The notes under the pieces: generated by a model
The model's input: only the letters and a program-made list of their open reading frames with translations
Databases searched by the model: none
What the model was told of the DNA's origin: nothing
Shown here: positions 24,200 to 36,894 of the stretch, piece after piece
How positions within the stretch are numbered: position 1 is the first letter of the stretch
How the letters are laid out: every line of letters begins with the position of its first letter
Assembly: GCF_044704955.1 (NCBI RefSeq)
Contig: NC_091982.1
Location: 106,330,001 to 106,394,000 of the forward strand
DNA length: 64,000 nt
Source of the DNA: Pristiophorus japonicus
Lineage: Eukaryota
Direction: 5' to 3'
Program-made: the position numbers and the translations under genes

Positions 24200-24690
24200 C
24201 TGGTGTTAGTCAGCTAACAAGTCTACCATGATAGAGTCAGCTACCTGGGCATGAGGGAAGAGCAATATTGAACCAGGCTTCGACTCCCTGGAGAGCCTGT
24301 GACAGGGGCTCCATCTAATCCATACAGATTTGTCAGGGGCCGTCAACGTTCACGCTGCACTGACAACTGCAACAAAGGTCACCGCTGCCTTCAACTTTTA
24401 TGCTACACTGATCTTCCGGGCAGTCACAAAGGATATCTCAACAGTCAGCCACTTTGCTTTGTGTCACTTCATTTTGAAGCTCTATTATCACCATACACCT
24501 CACAATATATACCTGAGCAAGAAGCAACAGAAACAGCTGCAAGGGGTAGCAACACTTTCTTCCAAATTGCTGGCGAGTTTTATTGACTGTGCACATGTAG
24601 CCATTCGTGTGCCCTACACCAACCCCAAGGCACACATATCTAAACAGGAAAGATTACATCCCTTGCGCTGGATCAGAAATGTGTATTGTT
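24200..24690 (+). mobile_element. Harbinger (HARBI1-like) transposase relic, N-terminal and core part
   Basis: ALTTATKVTAAFNFYAT..F...DISTVS and FFQIAG/FIDCAHVAI motifs in ORFs 24330..24764 and 24299..24586. Confidence 0.7.
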
Positions 24691-25799
24691 TCATTGCACA
24701 AAAGACTCAGCAGAGCTGTTTCCATGTTCAGGGGCTTGTTGTGTGCACTGAAATAATTGCATAAGGGGAATGGGGAGCTAACCTTTTTCTGGATTCAGTG
24801 AGGTCAACTCATCTAAATAATTATCTCTGCACATTTTCCACAACTGCAGGGGGCGTTAATGGCTGCAAGCAGGCAGGGAATGGGGAGAGCAGCTCATCTC
24901 AAATCCTGCTGTTCTTTTTCCGTCTGCTGCAATAATGGAATCTTGCCAAGGGCCAGGGGGCAGAATTGCCCCCTTCAACAAGCAGAGCTTGAATGTTCCT
25001 TGGCAGAGGTGAGATGGAGGATGGGAGCCATATCTAGGGCAGAGGGAGCATTCTTCTCATCAGGCTGACAGAATCAATGCTGTCTCCATCATGGAGAAAA
25101 TGAGGAAGAAATTCTCTGGCATGGTACGATTGTCTACAGGTTGAAAACTTAGATTAAACCTATGCTGATAGTATGCTTGCCACCAGCTCTTTGCACCCAA
25201 TACAGTGCAGCATCAGCAATGGAGCTGGCATAACCCTTCACTTCTTTCATGCCCGTAATGCTTTAGCTAAAACTTTGCGGCTTGCATAAAGAAAGGCTTC
25301 TAATATCATATTTAAGTGCTGCCTGATTTGTCACCAAGCCAACATACCACGAGATACTCCTTACATGCTATGCAAATATTCATTTGACGAGATGGAATAT
25401 AGGCTGGGCACTTCTGTGCTACATGTGCTGCCTTTCAGGTTGATGCCCCCTCCGCCAAACCCAGCCATCGCCCTCTGAAGTGGCAGGTGGTGGCAGAAGC
25501 AGCCAGCCCAGTACATGACCCGTCACAAAGCGGTACAGCACCACAGTTGTGGTCAGAAGTTCTCATTGAGGAGTTGCCGGCCAATACCATACTTACTCTT
25601 TTCACTGATGTAGCACTTAGAAGGTGCCCAAGGTTAGATAGAAGACTCCATACACCACATACACCCACCCAGTGCAAGCACTGGGGAGGCAAAAGGTGAA
25701 ACCGTATCCACCAAATAGTGCAGGGCCACATTTACAGAGTTTAACTAAAAGTCCTGTCAATCAGTTATGGATGCTCCATTGTTCCTGGCTGAAAGTTAT

Positions 25800-26050
25800 G
25801 CTCGCTTCCATTGATTCCTCCTATTCCTCGGCCAAGACATCACGCTGTAGGATTACCCCTCTCTGGGTTGGCAAGATTACACAGGGTGCCGTAGACTTTG
25901 ATAATATTGGACACCAAGGATTGTGTTAGCAGCATCCCAACCTGCACAATTGCACTGGGGCCATGAGCAGATCCAAGTAGGTGTGCTTGGTCTGTAGACA
26001 TGGGTTCTGGGCCAAGGCCTGAAGTACAAGTGCACTTGCCTTTATTTCCC
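25800..26050 (-). mobile_element. Possible Harbinger transposase C-terminal relic
   Basis: VSNIIKVYGTLCNLA resembles the conserved V..II..CC.LHN.A motif, followed by an acidic stretch. Confidence 0.35.
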
Positions 26051-26117
26051 CCTGCCTGAACTCCTTGACTTCCTCCAAGTCTATGGAAACTCAATTGGAT
26101 GCCCAACGCTTAACAAC

Positions 26118-27045
26118 AGTGCTGTACACAGATGACGCTTGTGTCTGCGCACACTCGGAGGCCGAACTTCAAGCCATCGTCAACACCTTCACCGAGGCCT
26201 TACACTAAACATCCATAAGACAAAAAGGTCCTCTACCAACCTGACCTTGCCACACAGCACTGCCCCCCCCGGTTATCAAAATCCACGATGAGGCCCCGGA
26301 CAACATGGCACATTTTGCATATCTCGGGAGCCTACTGTCAGCAAGGGCAGACATCGATGACGAGGTCCAACATCACCTTCAGTGCACCAGTGCAGCCTTC
26401 GGTCGCCTGAGGAAGAGAGTGTTTGAAGACCAGCACCTCAAATCTGGCACCAAACTTGTGGTCTACAGGGCTGTAGTGATACCCGCCCTCCTATATGGCT
26501 CAGAGATGTGGATTATATACAGCAGACACCTCAAAGCACTGGAGAAGTACCACCAGTGCTGCCTCCTCAAGATCCTGCAAATCCATTGGCAGGTGAGACG
26601 CACCAACGTCAGTGTTCTCGTTCAGGCCCAACATCCCACGCTCAATCAGCTCCGTTGGGCGGGCCACATCGTCTGCATGCCCGAAACAAGACTCCCAAAG
26701 GAAGCGGTCTACTTGGAGCTTTGACACGGCAAGGTGAGAAGAGGAAATGCTTCAAGGACACCCTCAAAGCCTCCTTGATAAAGTGCAACATCCCCACTGG
26801 CATCTGGAAATCCCTGGCCCAAGACCGCCTGAATTGGAGGAAGAGGGCGCTGAGCACCTCGAGTCTCGTCGCCAAGAGCATGCGTCAACCCAGACTCCCC
26901 ACCCACCCTTTCCTTCAACCACTGTCTGTCCCACCAGTGACAGAGACTGTAATTCCCATATTGGACTCTTCAGTCACCTGAGAACTTACTTTTAGAGTGG
27001 AAGCAAGTCATCCTCGACTCCGAGGGACTGTCTATGATGATGATG
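26118..27045 (+). mobile_element. RTE LINE 3' fragment with (TGA)n tail
   Basis: YLGSLLS..SAAFGRL..LLYGSE..QLRWAGH..RLPK, C-terminal CPT..HIGLFSH, tail tatgatgatgatg. Confidence 0.9.
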
Positions 27046-28399
27046 TAGTGAAGGGTCATAGCAAAGGCATCTTGTAATGCAGAAATGCAGCAGCAAAACT
27101 GCATTGGAAATTAACAGCCCATAGGGAATGGAGAAACTGCTGTATTAAAAAGTCCCAAAAACAAAACAAATCACAACTTGAAAACTGATATTAATTTCAA
27201 AAGGGAAGGTGGGTTTTTAACAGGCAAGCTGTGCAGAGGGAATGGTGAAATAAATATTGTAGAAGTCATTGTGGGACCAATTTATATGGAATGTGTTACA
27301 ATTAGGAGTGTTTATGAAGCCCATACATGTCCCCCTAATCTTGGGTGGTTGGGGGGGTGGGTGGTACTGCGGGGAAGGAAATTGGGACAGTTTAACTTGG
27401 CACCACGAAAATGTGTTGCTTGCGCCTGTTTACTGGATTCATGTGAGGCATGCTGACAGAATGTGTGGATGCATTCGAGTGGACCATCGTGCAATGGATC
27501 CTTCTATCCTTGTGCTGGTGGCTGCGGTCACTTTCATTTCTTCACTGCTCAGGCTGGCTGCTTGGAATACAACTTCTCTGACTCACTGCTATGTAAACAG
27601 GGTGCCTTTGAGTTCCTTTTCATCTCTGGTGTTGTCAATTACTTACAAGGAAATATGTAGACAGGGGCCAGGCAGGTGGAATGGAAGTTTTATTGCCTTA
27701 TTGTTCAGCAAGTGAGAACAGGCTCACTGTTCATCTGGTGTCGAAAATAGTCAATATTGATCACTAGACCATTAAATGGATTTTCTCTATCCATAACCTT
27801 TGAAATCAGCCCGGCAGGGAGTGAAAGGCGGGGCCGGGGAAAGGGGGAAGGGGAGAGGACTTTCATCCTTTGCATCAGAAGTGCTTTGTTTCACGTGGAA
27901 ATATGCTTTTAAGAAAATTAGCAAGGCTGTGCGCTGAACCCTACTTGTGAATGACAGCTTTGTGAACTATGCCATTTTGATCATTTTGTCTTTATGTTTG
28001 GATTTCACAGTGTTTTTGGTCCAATTGCCACCCCCTATCTAGCTCTTCAGTGGATTTCTACGTGCTCAAGCTGGAACTGGTGGGAATAATCCATGAATAT
28101 CCAATTTCACGGAGAAACTCTACAATATGGAAACTGCTTCAAGTTAAGTGTTATTAAGGACAACCTTAAGGACTTCAGACACCTTTATTGTTTTGGAACA
28201 GGATTGAGTTTAAGTAATGTTTTGTATGCCAGTGACATCTGCTGTGTTTGCTCTTGCTTCGGCTAGCTTTACTTTATACTGAACTTAATTTGTGATTTAT
28301 TGCCCAAGAGGTATGGCCTGACAGAATGTTACTCTAGGAGAGTATGAGGTGTCTTGTACTATTTATAGTGAGCTGATCAGCAGCACAAGTGCGTTGGGG

Positions 28400-28790
28400 T
28401 AGGGGGTGGGGGGCATGATCTTGGTCTGGGATGGGGCAGGAACTTAAGCTGGGGGGCATGAACTTGGGCTGCGGGGTGTATGAACTTAGGCTGGGGGTCA
28501 TGAACTTGGGCTGGGGGGAAGAACTTCGGCTGGAGGGGGCATGATCTTTGGCTGGGGGGGTAAGGAACTTAGGCTGGAGGGCATGAAGCTGGGCTGGGGG
28601 ACATAAACTTGGGCAGGGGGGCATGATCTTTGGCTGTGGGGGTAACGAATTTAGGCTGGAGGGCATGAAGTTGGGCTGGGGGGCATGAACTTGGGCTGTG
28701 GGCATGAACTTGGGCTGGGATGGGGCAGGAACTTGGGCTGGGGCATTGGGGGGGAGGTCAGGAACTTGGGCTGGGATGGGGGAGCTTGAT
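28400..28790. repeat. G-rich minisatellite, ~20-bp unit (gaacttgggctggggggcat)
   Basis: Many degenerate head-to-tail copies. Confidence 0.9.
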
Positions 28791-30515
28791 CCTGTCTAGA
28801 GTCCGAAGTCAGAATGGCTCGAATTACACTTTGCTAAGTCATTCAGAACTTGGGCTGGGCGGTTCTAATTACACATTCCAGGGAAACTTCTGGGTGCGTC
28901 TTATCCTCCAAGGGGACCAATCAGCAATCAGGTCACGTGACCAGAGAGAACCTATCAGTGATAATCAGAACATTTTGCTAGTGCAAATAACTATGTCCTT
29001 TATTATTCACTCTGGCCACGCTATCTCCCAGATTACATCACACACAGTCATGTTCATGCGAAGTATCTGCTTGCTTGTGGAAGCAGTATGTGCACTGCGC
29101 ATGAGAAAGAGTATATAGAAAGTACCCAAACCTCAGCATGCAAGTGTTATGCAACCATCTGAAGAAACTAATGGACCTCAATGCACAATCCCGCAGGGGG
29201 TTGCACGATGCCTTTATTCTGAATGAATAAAACGAGACATAGCCTCCTGAAAGAGATGGACGGAAAGACAGCTGTGTTTACCAGCACTTGTGGAGGCTTG
29301 GCACTACTGTTGTTTTAAGATCTGCCCACCATTGTCGACCATGGAAAACTGTCTGGATTCTCGTACTTTCAAAACCGTTATGAGTAAAATTGGTCATATG
29401 CTGCCTCAAATACATGAAAGGATGCTTATTGCAGGGCATCTTTACGATACACACACTCACAATGTGCAATATGACAATGTCGAATCAAATTAGAAAGTAG
29501 CAATTTTCAAGGGCTAAACAAGGAAATATGAAGAATGATAGATATTGTAAATGAAGAAGTGAGGGATAGGCTACATGTGCTGAAAGGGGAGACCGCGTTT
29601 GGCCGAGACTGACTGCACACTAGGATATTTAAGGAAGTGACTAGTGCAAACTGCTGATTATCTCCAGGGAACGAATGACTGTAAAAAGTATGCTGCCTAG
29701 GGAGAGCTAAAATAATGGCCTGACTGCTGCCACATTTTGCCATGAACAAAACTATTTTCTCAGTCACGCTCAACTGTAGATTTTGCAAGTGAAAAATGAA
29801 AACGTTTGGAAAAAACACCACTATTTTCGGAACAGAGAGAAATATCAGCCCTAATATTATATAATAATTGTTCTTTATTTTAAATTGTATAGCTTTATTC
29901 CTTCTTTGATGCATGCCCATTTTACTGCAGACTTCTGCCACTTTTAAAAGTGGGGACAGTTTTCACGTTTCATGAGCACTTTAATTATGTGCTCAGAGAT
30001 TATTCAGCTTGTTAACAGGTGGTTATTGTATTAGCCAAACCTGTGAGCATGGTGGGCTCCTATAAGTTTGTAATGTGTTGTGTATGCAATAACTGAATAG
30101 ACTGAGTACAGTTTAACTGCAAGAGGTATGACCTTAGCTCTGCTTTATTAAGGCCCAAAATGATTAATATACAAAATGGCTGGCCGTTTATACTTGGACT
30201 GCACACACGTGCGTGCAGCCCAATGGGCTCCACCAGTGGCGCCATCTAGTGGCTAGTGATCCCAAAAGTACATACATGACAATAACCCCTCTGAGATATT
30301 AATACAGTCTTTTACAAATTGAGACGGTCTGGTGTTTTACACTCCCGGGTTGACCGTCTCAGTTCAACTCCAGTCTTGGGTGAGTTTTCAGAGTCTGTTG
30401 TGACTGGTGGCTGAGTGGCTGACTTGGTGGGAGTGGCAATGGCCATGTCAGGGATTGAAAGTCCATTTTCATTGAACATGTCAGTGATTGAAAGTCCCAA
30501 TTCACTGATGACCAC

Positions 30516-30874
30516 TGATAGAGTATTCAAACAGGCTCATTTAGACAGACTATGAAAATTCACAGACCCACAAGTCAAGGCTGCTACGTGCTGCTCAGCA
30601 TGTTGCATTAACTCATCAATCAACTTGACATTTTCGGACCTTGGGTAGCGAGCCAATAAAATGTTAAAAGACTTTCAATTGAGCCAATGAGGTCAAAGAA
30701 GGCGAGTTCTTTTCTGTAAATTGATCCAGGCATAAATACAGCCATTTTGACCATGTGTCTCAGTAAGAACAAAGACCTGGCTTGAAGCCAAGCAGTTTGT
30801 TGCTCTCTGCCAGTATTAAAAAGTTAAAACTACCATCGGAGTTCGTATTTCATTGGAAATTAAGAGATCTAACA
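30516..30874 (+). repeat. ERV 5' LTR (359 bp)
   Basis: TG...CA; two gagccaat boxes, cataaata TATA-like at 30731, attaaa at ~30815; about 7 substitutions and one indel versus the 3' LTR by eye. Confidence 0.95.
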
Positions 30875-30878
30875 ATTT

Positions 30879-30896
30879 TGGCGCTGCGAGCAGGGT
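30879..30896 (+). promoter_or_regulatory. ERV primer binding site, tRNA-Ser(CGA/TGA)-like
   Basis: TGGCGCTGCGAGCAGGGT just after the LTR; candidate splice donor gag|gtaagg at 30941-30949. Confidence 0.7.
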
Positions 30897-31165
30897 CGCT
30901 GAGGAAAGAAACTGAATTTTGGACATCGGACCTACATATAGAGGTAAGGATTCCTCTTTTTAAAAAAAGTCCTCGGTCAAAAGTCTAAATTCGCCTCTCC
31001 TACGCAATTCCGAAAGCCTCCGGTTTGCGAACCCTCCAGTTGGTAGTCGGCTCGAGGTCCCATAGACGTCTAAACTTCGGCGGTGTGTTAGTTAATTAAT
31101 CACCGACCTATTGATCGGCTAGCAGGCCTATGACTTGAGACCCCAGTAAAGAACTCAGTAAAGAA

Positions 31166-32716
31166 ATGGCAGCAGGAGAAAAGGGCAAAGAATTGCCTAC
31201 AACTGTTAAAGGTGGGCAGGCACCACCTCAAGTTTCTTTAGATTTAATTGTCGAACAGTTGAAAGAATACATAGAGCAACAATTCAACATATCTAAAACC
31301 TGTATTAAGATCGAACAAAAGTACGGAACCTCCAAAGGACAATAGTCCTTGGACGAGATTAAAAGGGTCTGGGGAAAAACGACCCATATGAAAAATAAAG
31401 AGCGAACTAGATGGTCCCTAGCGGTTATCAGCCAGATCCGAAACTGGAATGAAATTATAATGCGTTCCCAACATGATCGAGAACTGACCAGTACAAAGGA
31501 TCAATTGCAAGCAGTTTGTGCACAGCTGCAACAGAAAAAGCTTGAACTTGAAAAGCTGGAAGCGCAAGTTAAAGATCTTAAAGGTGAAATTAAAGAATGG
31601 AAAAAATCATTAGGTCAAGAGACAGTAATAGGAAAAGGAAAATGTATTGATCAATTCCCAGGGTACCCATGTTTGGATAAATTAAAAGCGCAAACCCGAA
31701 GACACGACCGAGGAATAGATACGGTTTCTGAATCCTCCGACAATACAGTGTCGGAGGATGATGAAGAAATAGGGGTGCGCTTTGCCCCGTTTAAAAAAAG
31801 ACGAGTTGTAGTCAAATCAGAAGAGACTGCGGATGAGGGCGGAACCAAAAAAACAAAGAGAAGGGTGTATGGAGAATACTTAGTTCATGCTCCGGCAGAC
31901 CCAGAGAAAATTGATAAATGGTCCAAGGAATTACCCAATCCAAAGAAAGGGGGAGTAAAAACATGGGACCAATTGGACCACTTAAGAAATATATATCAAC
32001 TTCATCCCTGGGACGGAGTGCAAATTTTGGCCAAATTGGGAAGAAAATTGCACGACAAGGTAGATGAAGCTTTGGGGCAGAATGAGCAAGAATTAGACGC
32101 AGGATGGGAGGCGATTAAACACTGGCTGCAAGCCTTCAGTCCAGCTAAGACAGACTGGGGAAAAATTGCAGCTTGCCAACAGAAAGGAACAGAGGAGGTC
32201 CTGGAGCATGACGAGCGGTTTAGATGCACGTGGCTAGAACATTCGGGTATGAATAATACGGATGAGGAAATGGATGAACAAATGTTTGGACCCCTGAAAG
32301 CAGCTTTCGTGGCAGGTCTAAAGCCAGAACTGTCCAAAATGCTTAAGGTAGTGTTACCGGACTGGGAAGGTAGAGGAATTACCTTTGCAGCATTGGTGGA
32401 TCGATGTAACCAATTAGATCGGGATATGGGAGCTAAAGTCCGAGCTGTACAGGCTATGGGATGGAAATCCCAGGATTCTGATAAACAGTCATTCGGAAAA
32501 TTACCTGGAAAATGTCATTATTGTGGGAAAGAAGGTCACTGGGCCAAGACGTGCAGGGCAAAACAGAAAGGTCGTGGCTGGGGAAGAGGACGCAGCCAGG
32601 GATACAATTCAGCCAACAAACCAGGCTTGTCACAAGATAACGACCTCATAGAAGCATTTAAGCGACTGAAAATACAACAATAGAAGGAGTTACTTGGGAT
32701 AGCAAAAAACGATTAG
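31166..32716 (+). pseudogene. gag: ERV gag (two in-frame TAGs; coiled coil; single CCHC knuckle)
   Basis: ATG 31166 in frame with ORF 31349..32683; CHYCGKEGHWAKTC; frame continues past TAG 32681 to A AAA AAC GAT TAG. Confidence 0.88.
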
Positions 32717-35700
32717 AGCCCACCCTGGCCCCCCTCCTCGCACTAATACAACAAAGGGGAGATGGGCTATATATAACTGTGAGGGTGGGCGATAAGGATG
32801 TGGACTGTCTTTTAGACACAGGGGCGGAATTAACATGCTTACCCCTACAATATGGAGACGTTTTGCCGTTGGATGGTAGGGCACGTACAGCCTATGGAGT
32901 TGGGGGCAATAAAATGGAAATTAAAAGGACAACACCGGTACTTATAGGGCTGGGTCCACATGAACTAATCACGCTGGTCTGAATAGGCCCAGTAGATCAA
33001 TCCCTTTTGGGAATGGACGTTCTAATCCAAATAGATTCATCGTTGCATTTCGAGAATGGTCGGGTGACATGGTCAATTAGAACTTTGAAGAAAGAAGAAT
33101 TGAAGGAACACCCGATATGGGCTAAAGATAAGAACGATTGTGGCCTACTCCAGATGGAGCCTGCGTCATTTACAGGGACCAAGCCTCCATGCACTAAACA
33201 GTATCCCAGCAGTCCAACTGCCATCGCGGGAATCTTACCGGTTATTCAGCAATTGGAGAAACAAGGGATGCTTATTAAAACGCATAGCTCCTCCAATAGC
33301 CACGTGTGGCCGGTACAGAAATCTAATGAGACTTGGCGTTTGACTGTCGATTATAGGAAAGCTAACCAGTGTATTGATCAAAAAGCTCTTTTGGTCGCAG
33401 ATCCCTCCACCATTTTTAATGCCCTCAAACCGGAACATAAATATTTCTCGGTTATAGATATGGCCAACGGATTTTGGTCGGTGCCTCTGGCACCAGAGAT
33501 TCGACAGTGGTTTGCTTTCACTGTCCAAGGACAACAGTATACTTGGACCCGGTTACCGCAGGATTTCCAAAACAGCCCTACGGTATTCCACGTGGCTTTA
33601 CAAAGCCATTTGCGAGAATTACCTCCCCTGTCATCCACAGTCATCCAATATGTAGACGATATCTTGCTAGCTTCAAACATGGAAGAACAGCATGAACAAG
33701 ATTTACGAGCTTTGCTGGATCACCTTCGGCTGAAAGGACATAAAGCCAGCATCGACAAAGCACAAATATTCCAAGAAGAGGTTGTATATCTGGGACAAAA
33801 GATTTCACAAGGAAAGAGAGAACTTACCCAGGATAGAACTGCAGCCATTCGGGCTGCTAAATAACCCACCACTATTCAGGAACTAAGGTCTTTTTTGGGA
33901 TTGTGTAACTTTAACAGAAATTGGATTGACTCCTTCACACAGCTTGCTCAGCCACTGAATGATATTTTAAAGGGGAAACGTGCCTCTAAAGAAGCCATCA
34001 CCCTCAATAAAGAACAGCAAGAGGCCTTCCTGAGTTTGAAAAAGGCTTTGTATTCGGCACCGGCTCTGGGAATCCCCGACAGTGGTAAGCCATTTACCCT
34101 GTTTGTTCATGAGAAAGAAGGATATATGACAGCTATACTGACACAAGAACATGGGGATCGGCAAAGACCTATTGGCTATTATTCGGCAAAACTGGATGCG
34201 GTAGCCCTCGGATGGGGAAGTTGCCTAAGGGCCAAGGAAGCTACATGTCGAGCGGTAATGATCACTGCGGGTCTAGTCCTCGACCAAAAGCTGATTGTCA
34301 AGTGTCCCCACACCGTATACGCTTTGCTGTCTATGAATAGAATGTCTCAGGTGACAGCAGCAAGATGGACCCACTGGACAGCAGTTTTGGAAGCTCCTAA
34401 TCTCCATATCGTCCGGGCCAGCCCAGTTAATCCTGCAACTATGCTCCCGATGTCAGAATCGAGGGAGCAAGAGGGGGGAGAATGTGAAGAGCATGGCTGC
34501 GTGGAGATTTTAAAAGAAACAGAAGAAGCAGCCTTAGCAGCAGAGGAGCCTCTGCACAACCCAGACCTCATCCTGTTTACAGATGGTTCCTCCTTTGTTG
34601 ACAATGGTACCAGAAAAGCAGGATGGGCAGTTACAACCTTATATGAGGTAGTGGCAAAAGGATGTTTACCCTCAGGAACGTCAGCACAACAGGCCGAGTT
34701 ACGGGCCCTGTCAGAAGCATGTCGAATAGCAGAAGGACAGACAGCTAATGTCTACACAGATTCGCGTTATGCTTTTGGAGTCGCTCACGACTTTGGTATG
34801 TTATGGCGGAAAAGAGGATTCCTCACTGCTGCTGGTACACCTATCCGAAATGGAAAAGAAGTCCAAGACTTACTGGAGGCCATGCAATTACATCAGGAAG
34901 TGTCCATCCTGAAGTGTAAGGCCCATACCAAGGAAAATACCACAGAAGCACAAGGAAATGCCCTAGCCGACCAGGCAGCTAAAGATGCCGCCTCACAGGG
35001 CGTTCCTCCAGAAGAACTAACACAGATGTGCAGATTGAAAGCATTCAGGACTCTGACACGAGACCTTCAAACAATGCAAGGAGAGTGCTCCCGAGAGGAA
35101 AAATGGACATGGATTGAGGCAGGAATTAAGCTATGCGAAGATGGTGTCTGGAGATAAAGAGTTACCGACAAGCCAGTCGCGCCACAAGCGTTTATGCCTT
35201 TTTTAGCCCAACAGATCCACTCGTGGGGACACTTGGCCTCACAACAGATGACAGCACAGTTCCAGAAAAGCTGGTGGGGTCGGGGATTTAAAAAACGTGC
35301 CCAGCTGGTAACAGACCGCTGTGTGGTCTGCCAGAAAAATAATTCTGGACCCATCACGGTAATGCCCCAACTGAGGCCCCCTGCCCCTGTCGGACCATTC
35401 CAGCATCTGCAGGTTGATTATATATCTCTTCTTTCATGCCAAGGATACACTAACATTCTTGTCATGATCGACAGATTCTCTAGATGGGTAGAAGCTGTCC
35501 CAACTAAAAGAGCCACAGCCAATCACACTGCAAAGGTCTTGTGTAAGGATTACATTCCCCGATGGGGAGTCCCGAGTAGCATTGACTCAGATCAGGGAAC
35601 ACACTTCACAGGTGCTGATTGCCAAGAAGTCTGTAGGTTACTGAACATTACGTGGGATTTACACTGTCCTTATCATCCACAATCATCAGGACAAGTAGAG

Positions 35701-36187
35701 CGAATGAATCGAACTCTGAAACAACGGTTTGCCAAATATCACCAAGAAGGAACACCATGGCCCCAGGCACTACCAATAGTGTTATTTAGCATTAGGGCAA
35801 CCCCGAACAGAACTACAGGTTAAGCCCATTTGAAATTATAACAGGAAGACCCATGTCACTGCCAGGAACTATCGATTAAATGAAAGCTGATGTTCACTTA
35901 ATGAGTGACACTTTGTTATCATACTGTCAGAACTTAACCAATGCTATTAGTTCTTTTCCCGACAGGTATCGGCAGCTTGGGGTAATCCACCCGAAGGAGG
36001 ACACGACATCATCCCGGGAGTCCGGGTGTATGTGAAAAAGTTGCATAAAGAACCTTTGGGTGCCAAGTGGGAGGGACCTTATCAAGTGTTATTGACCACC
36101 CAGGCAGCTGTTAAAGTCCCAGGAAAGAAAGCCTGGATCCACGCTTCACACGTTAAACGAGCACCCGTAATTGAAGCTGAAATCTAA
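32710..36187 (+). pseudogene. pol: ERV pol: PR, RT, tether, RNase H, IN
   Basis: LLDTGA; WRLTVDYR, LPQ, YVDD; FTDGSS, SAQQAEL, YTDSRYA; HSWGH..CVVC, QVDY, DSDQG, GQVER; WEGPY. One frame with isolated stops to 35823, then one frameshift. Confidence 0.93.
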
Positions 36188-36211
36188 TAAGGACAATTAC
36201 ATTTTGCGAAA

Positions 36212-36630
36212 ATGTATAAATTTACTGTAGTATTGATTGTAGGTATTCTAGGCATAGGCCTACTTCTTACTAGCCGACCCTCTGCACCAAAGGGAAATAG
36301 TAGGGTAGCAAGGGAATTACATGTAAATACCTTTTACTTTTATATTGCTTGTTTATGTTATGCTTAAGGAAAGGTGGTTTACTGGTTGAATTAAGATATT
36401 GATTTGGATTAAATTGGAATAAGGTTAATTAACCTACTAAAACCAGACTTCCATTGTGGCCACGATGGAACTCGGGTTGGTGTAAATTTGTGTGGAAGCT
36501 ACTAGTCCGGACATGCGGCGAAACACATCAACAAATTTTAGAAGGAAACTCTATTAACATGTATGAAATTATTTTGTAGAATGTTTAACCAGTGATACCT
36601 GATGTTTTATGATTCAGTTTGTGAAAGAAT
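36212..36630 (+). pseudogene. env: env remnant (leader with hydrophobic segment; most of gene deleted)
   Basis: MYKFTVVLIVGILGIGLLLTSRPSAPKGNSRVARELHVNTF directly after the pol stop; only ~430 bp to the PPT. Confidence 0.55.
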
Positions 36631-36894
36631 AAAAGGGGGGATTGATAGAGTATTCAAACAGGCTCATTTAGACAGACTGTGAAAATTCACAGACCCCCCC
36701 AAGTCAAGGCTGCTACGTGCTGCTCAGCATGTTGCATTAACTCATAAATCAACTTGACATTTTCGGACTTTGGGTAGCGAGCCAATAAAACGTTAAAAGA
36801 CTTTCAATTGAGCCAATAAGGTCAAAGAAGGCGAGTTCTTTTCTGTAAATTGATCCAGGCATAAATACAGTCATTTTGACCATGTGTCTCAGTA

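Noticed and set aside
24200-24764. Domesticated HARBI1 host gene
   Set aside because: Frameshifted and degenerate; behaves as a transposon relic
28334-28790. Pro-rich ORF 28334..28705 as a protein gene
   Set aside because: Translation of a 20-bp minisatellite
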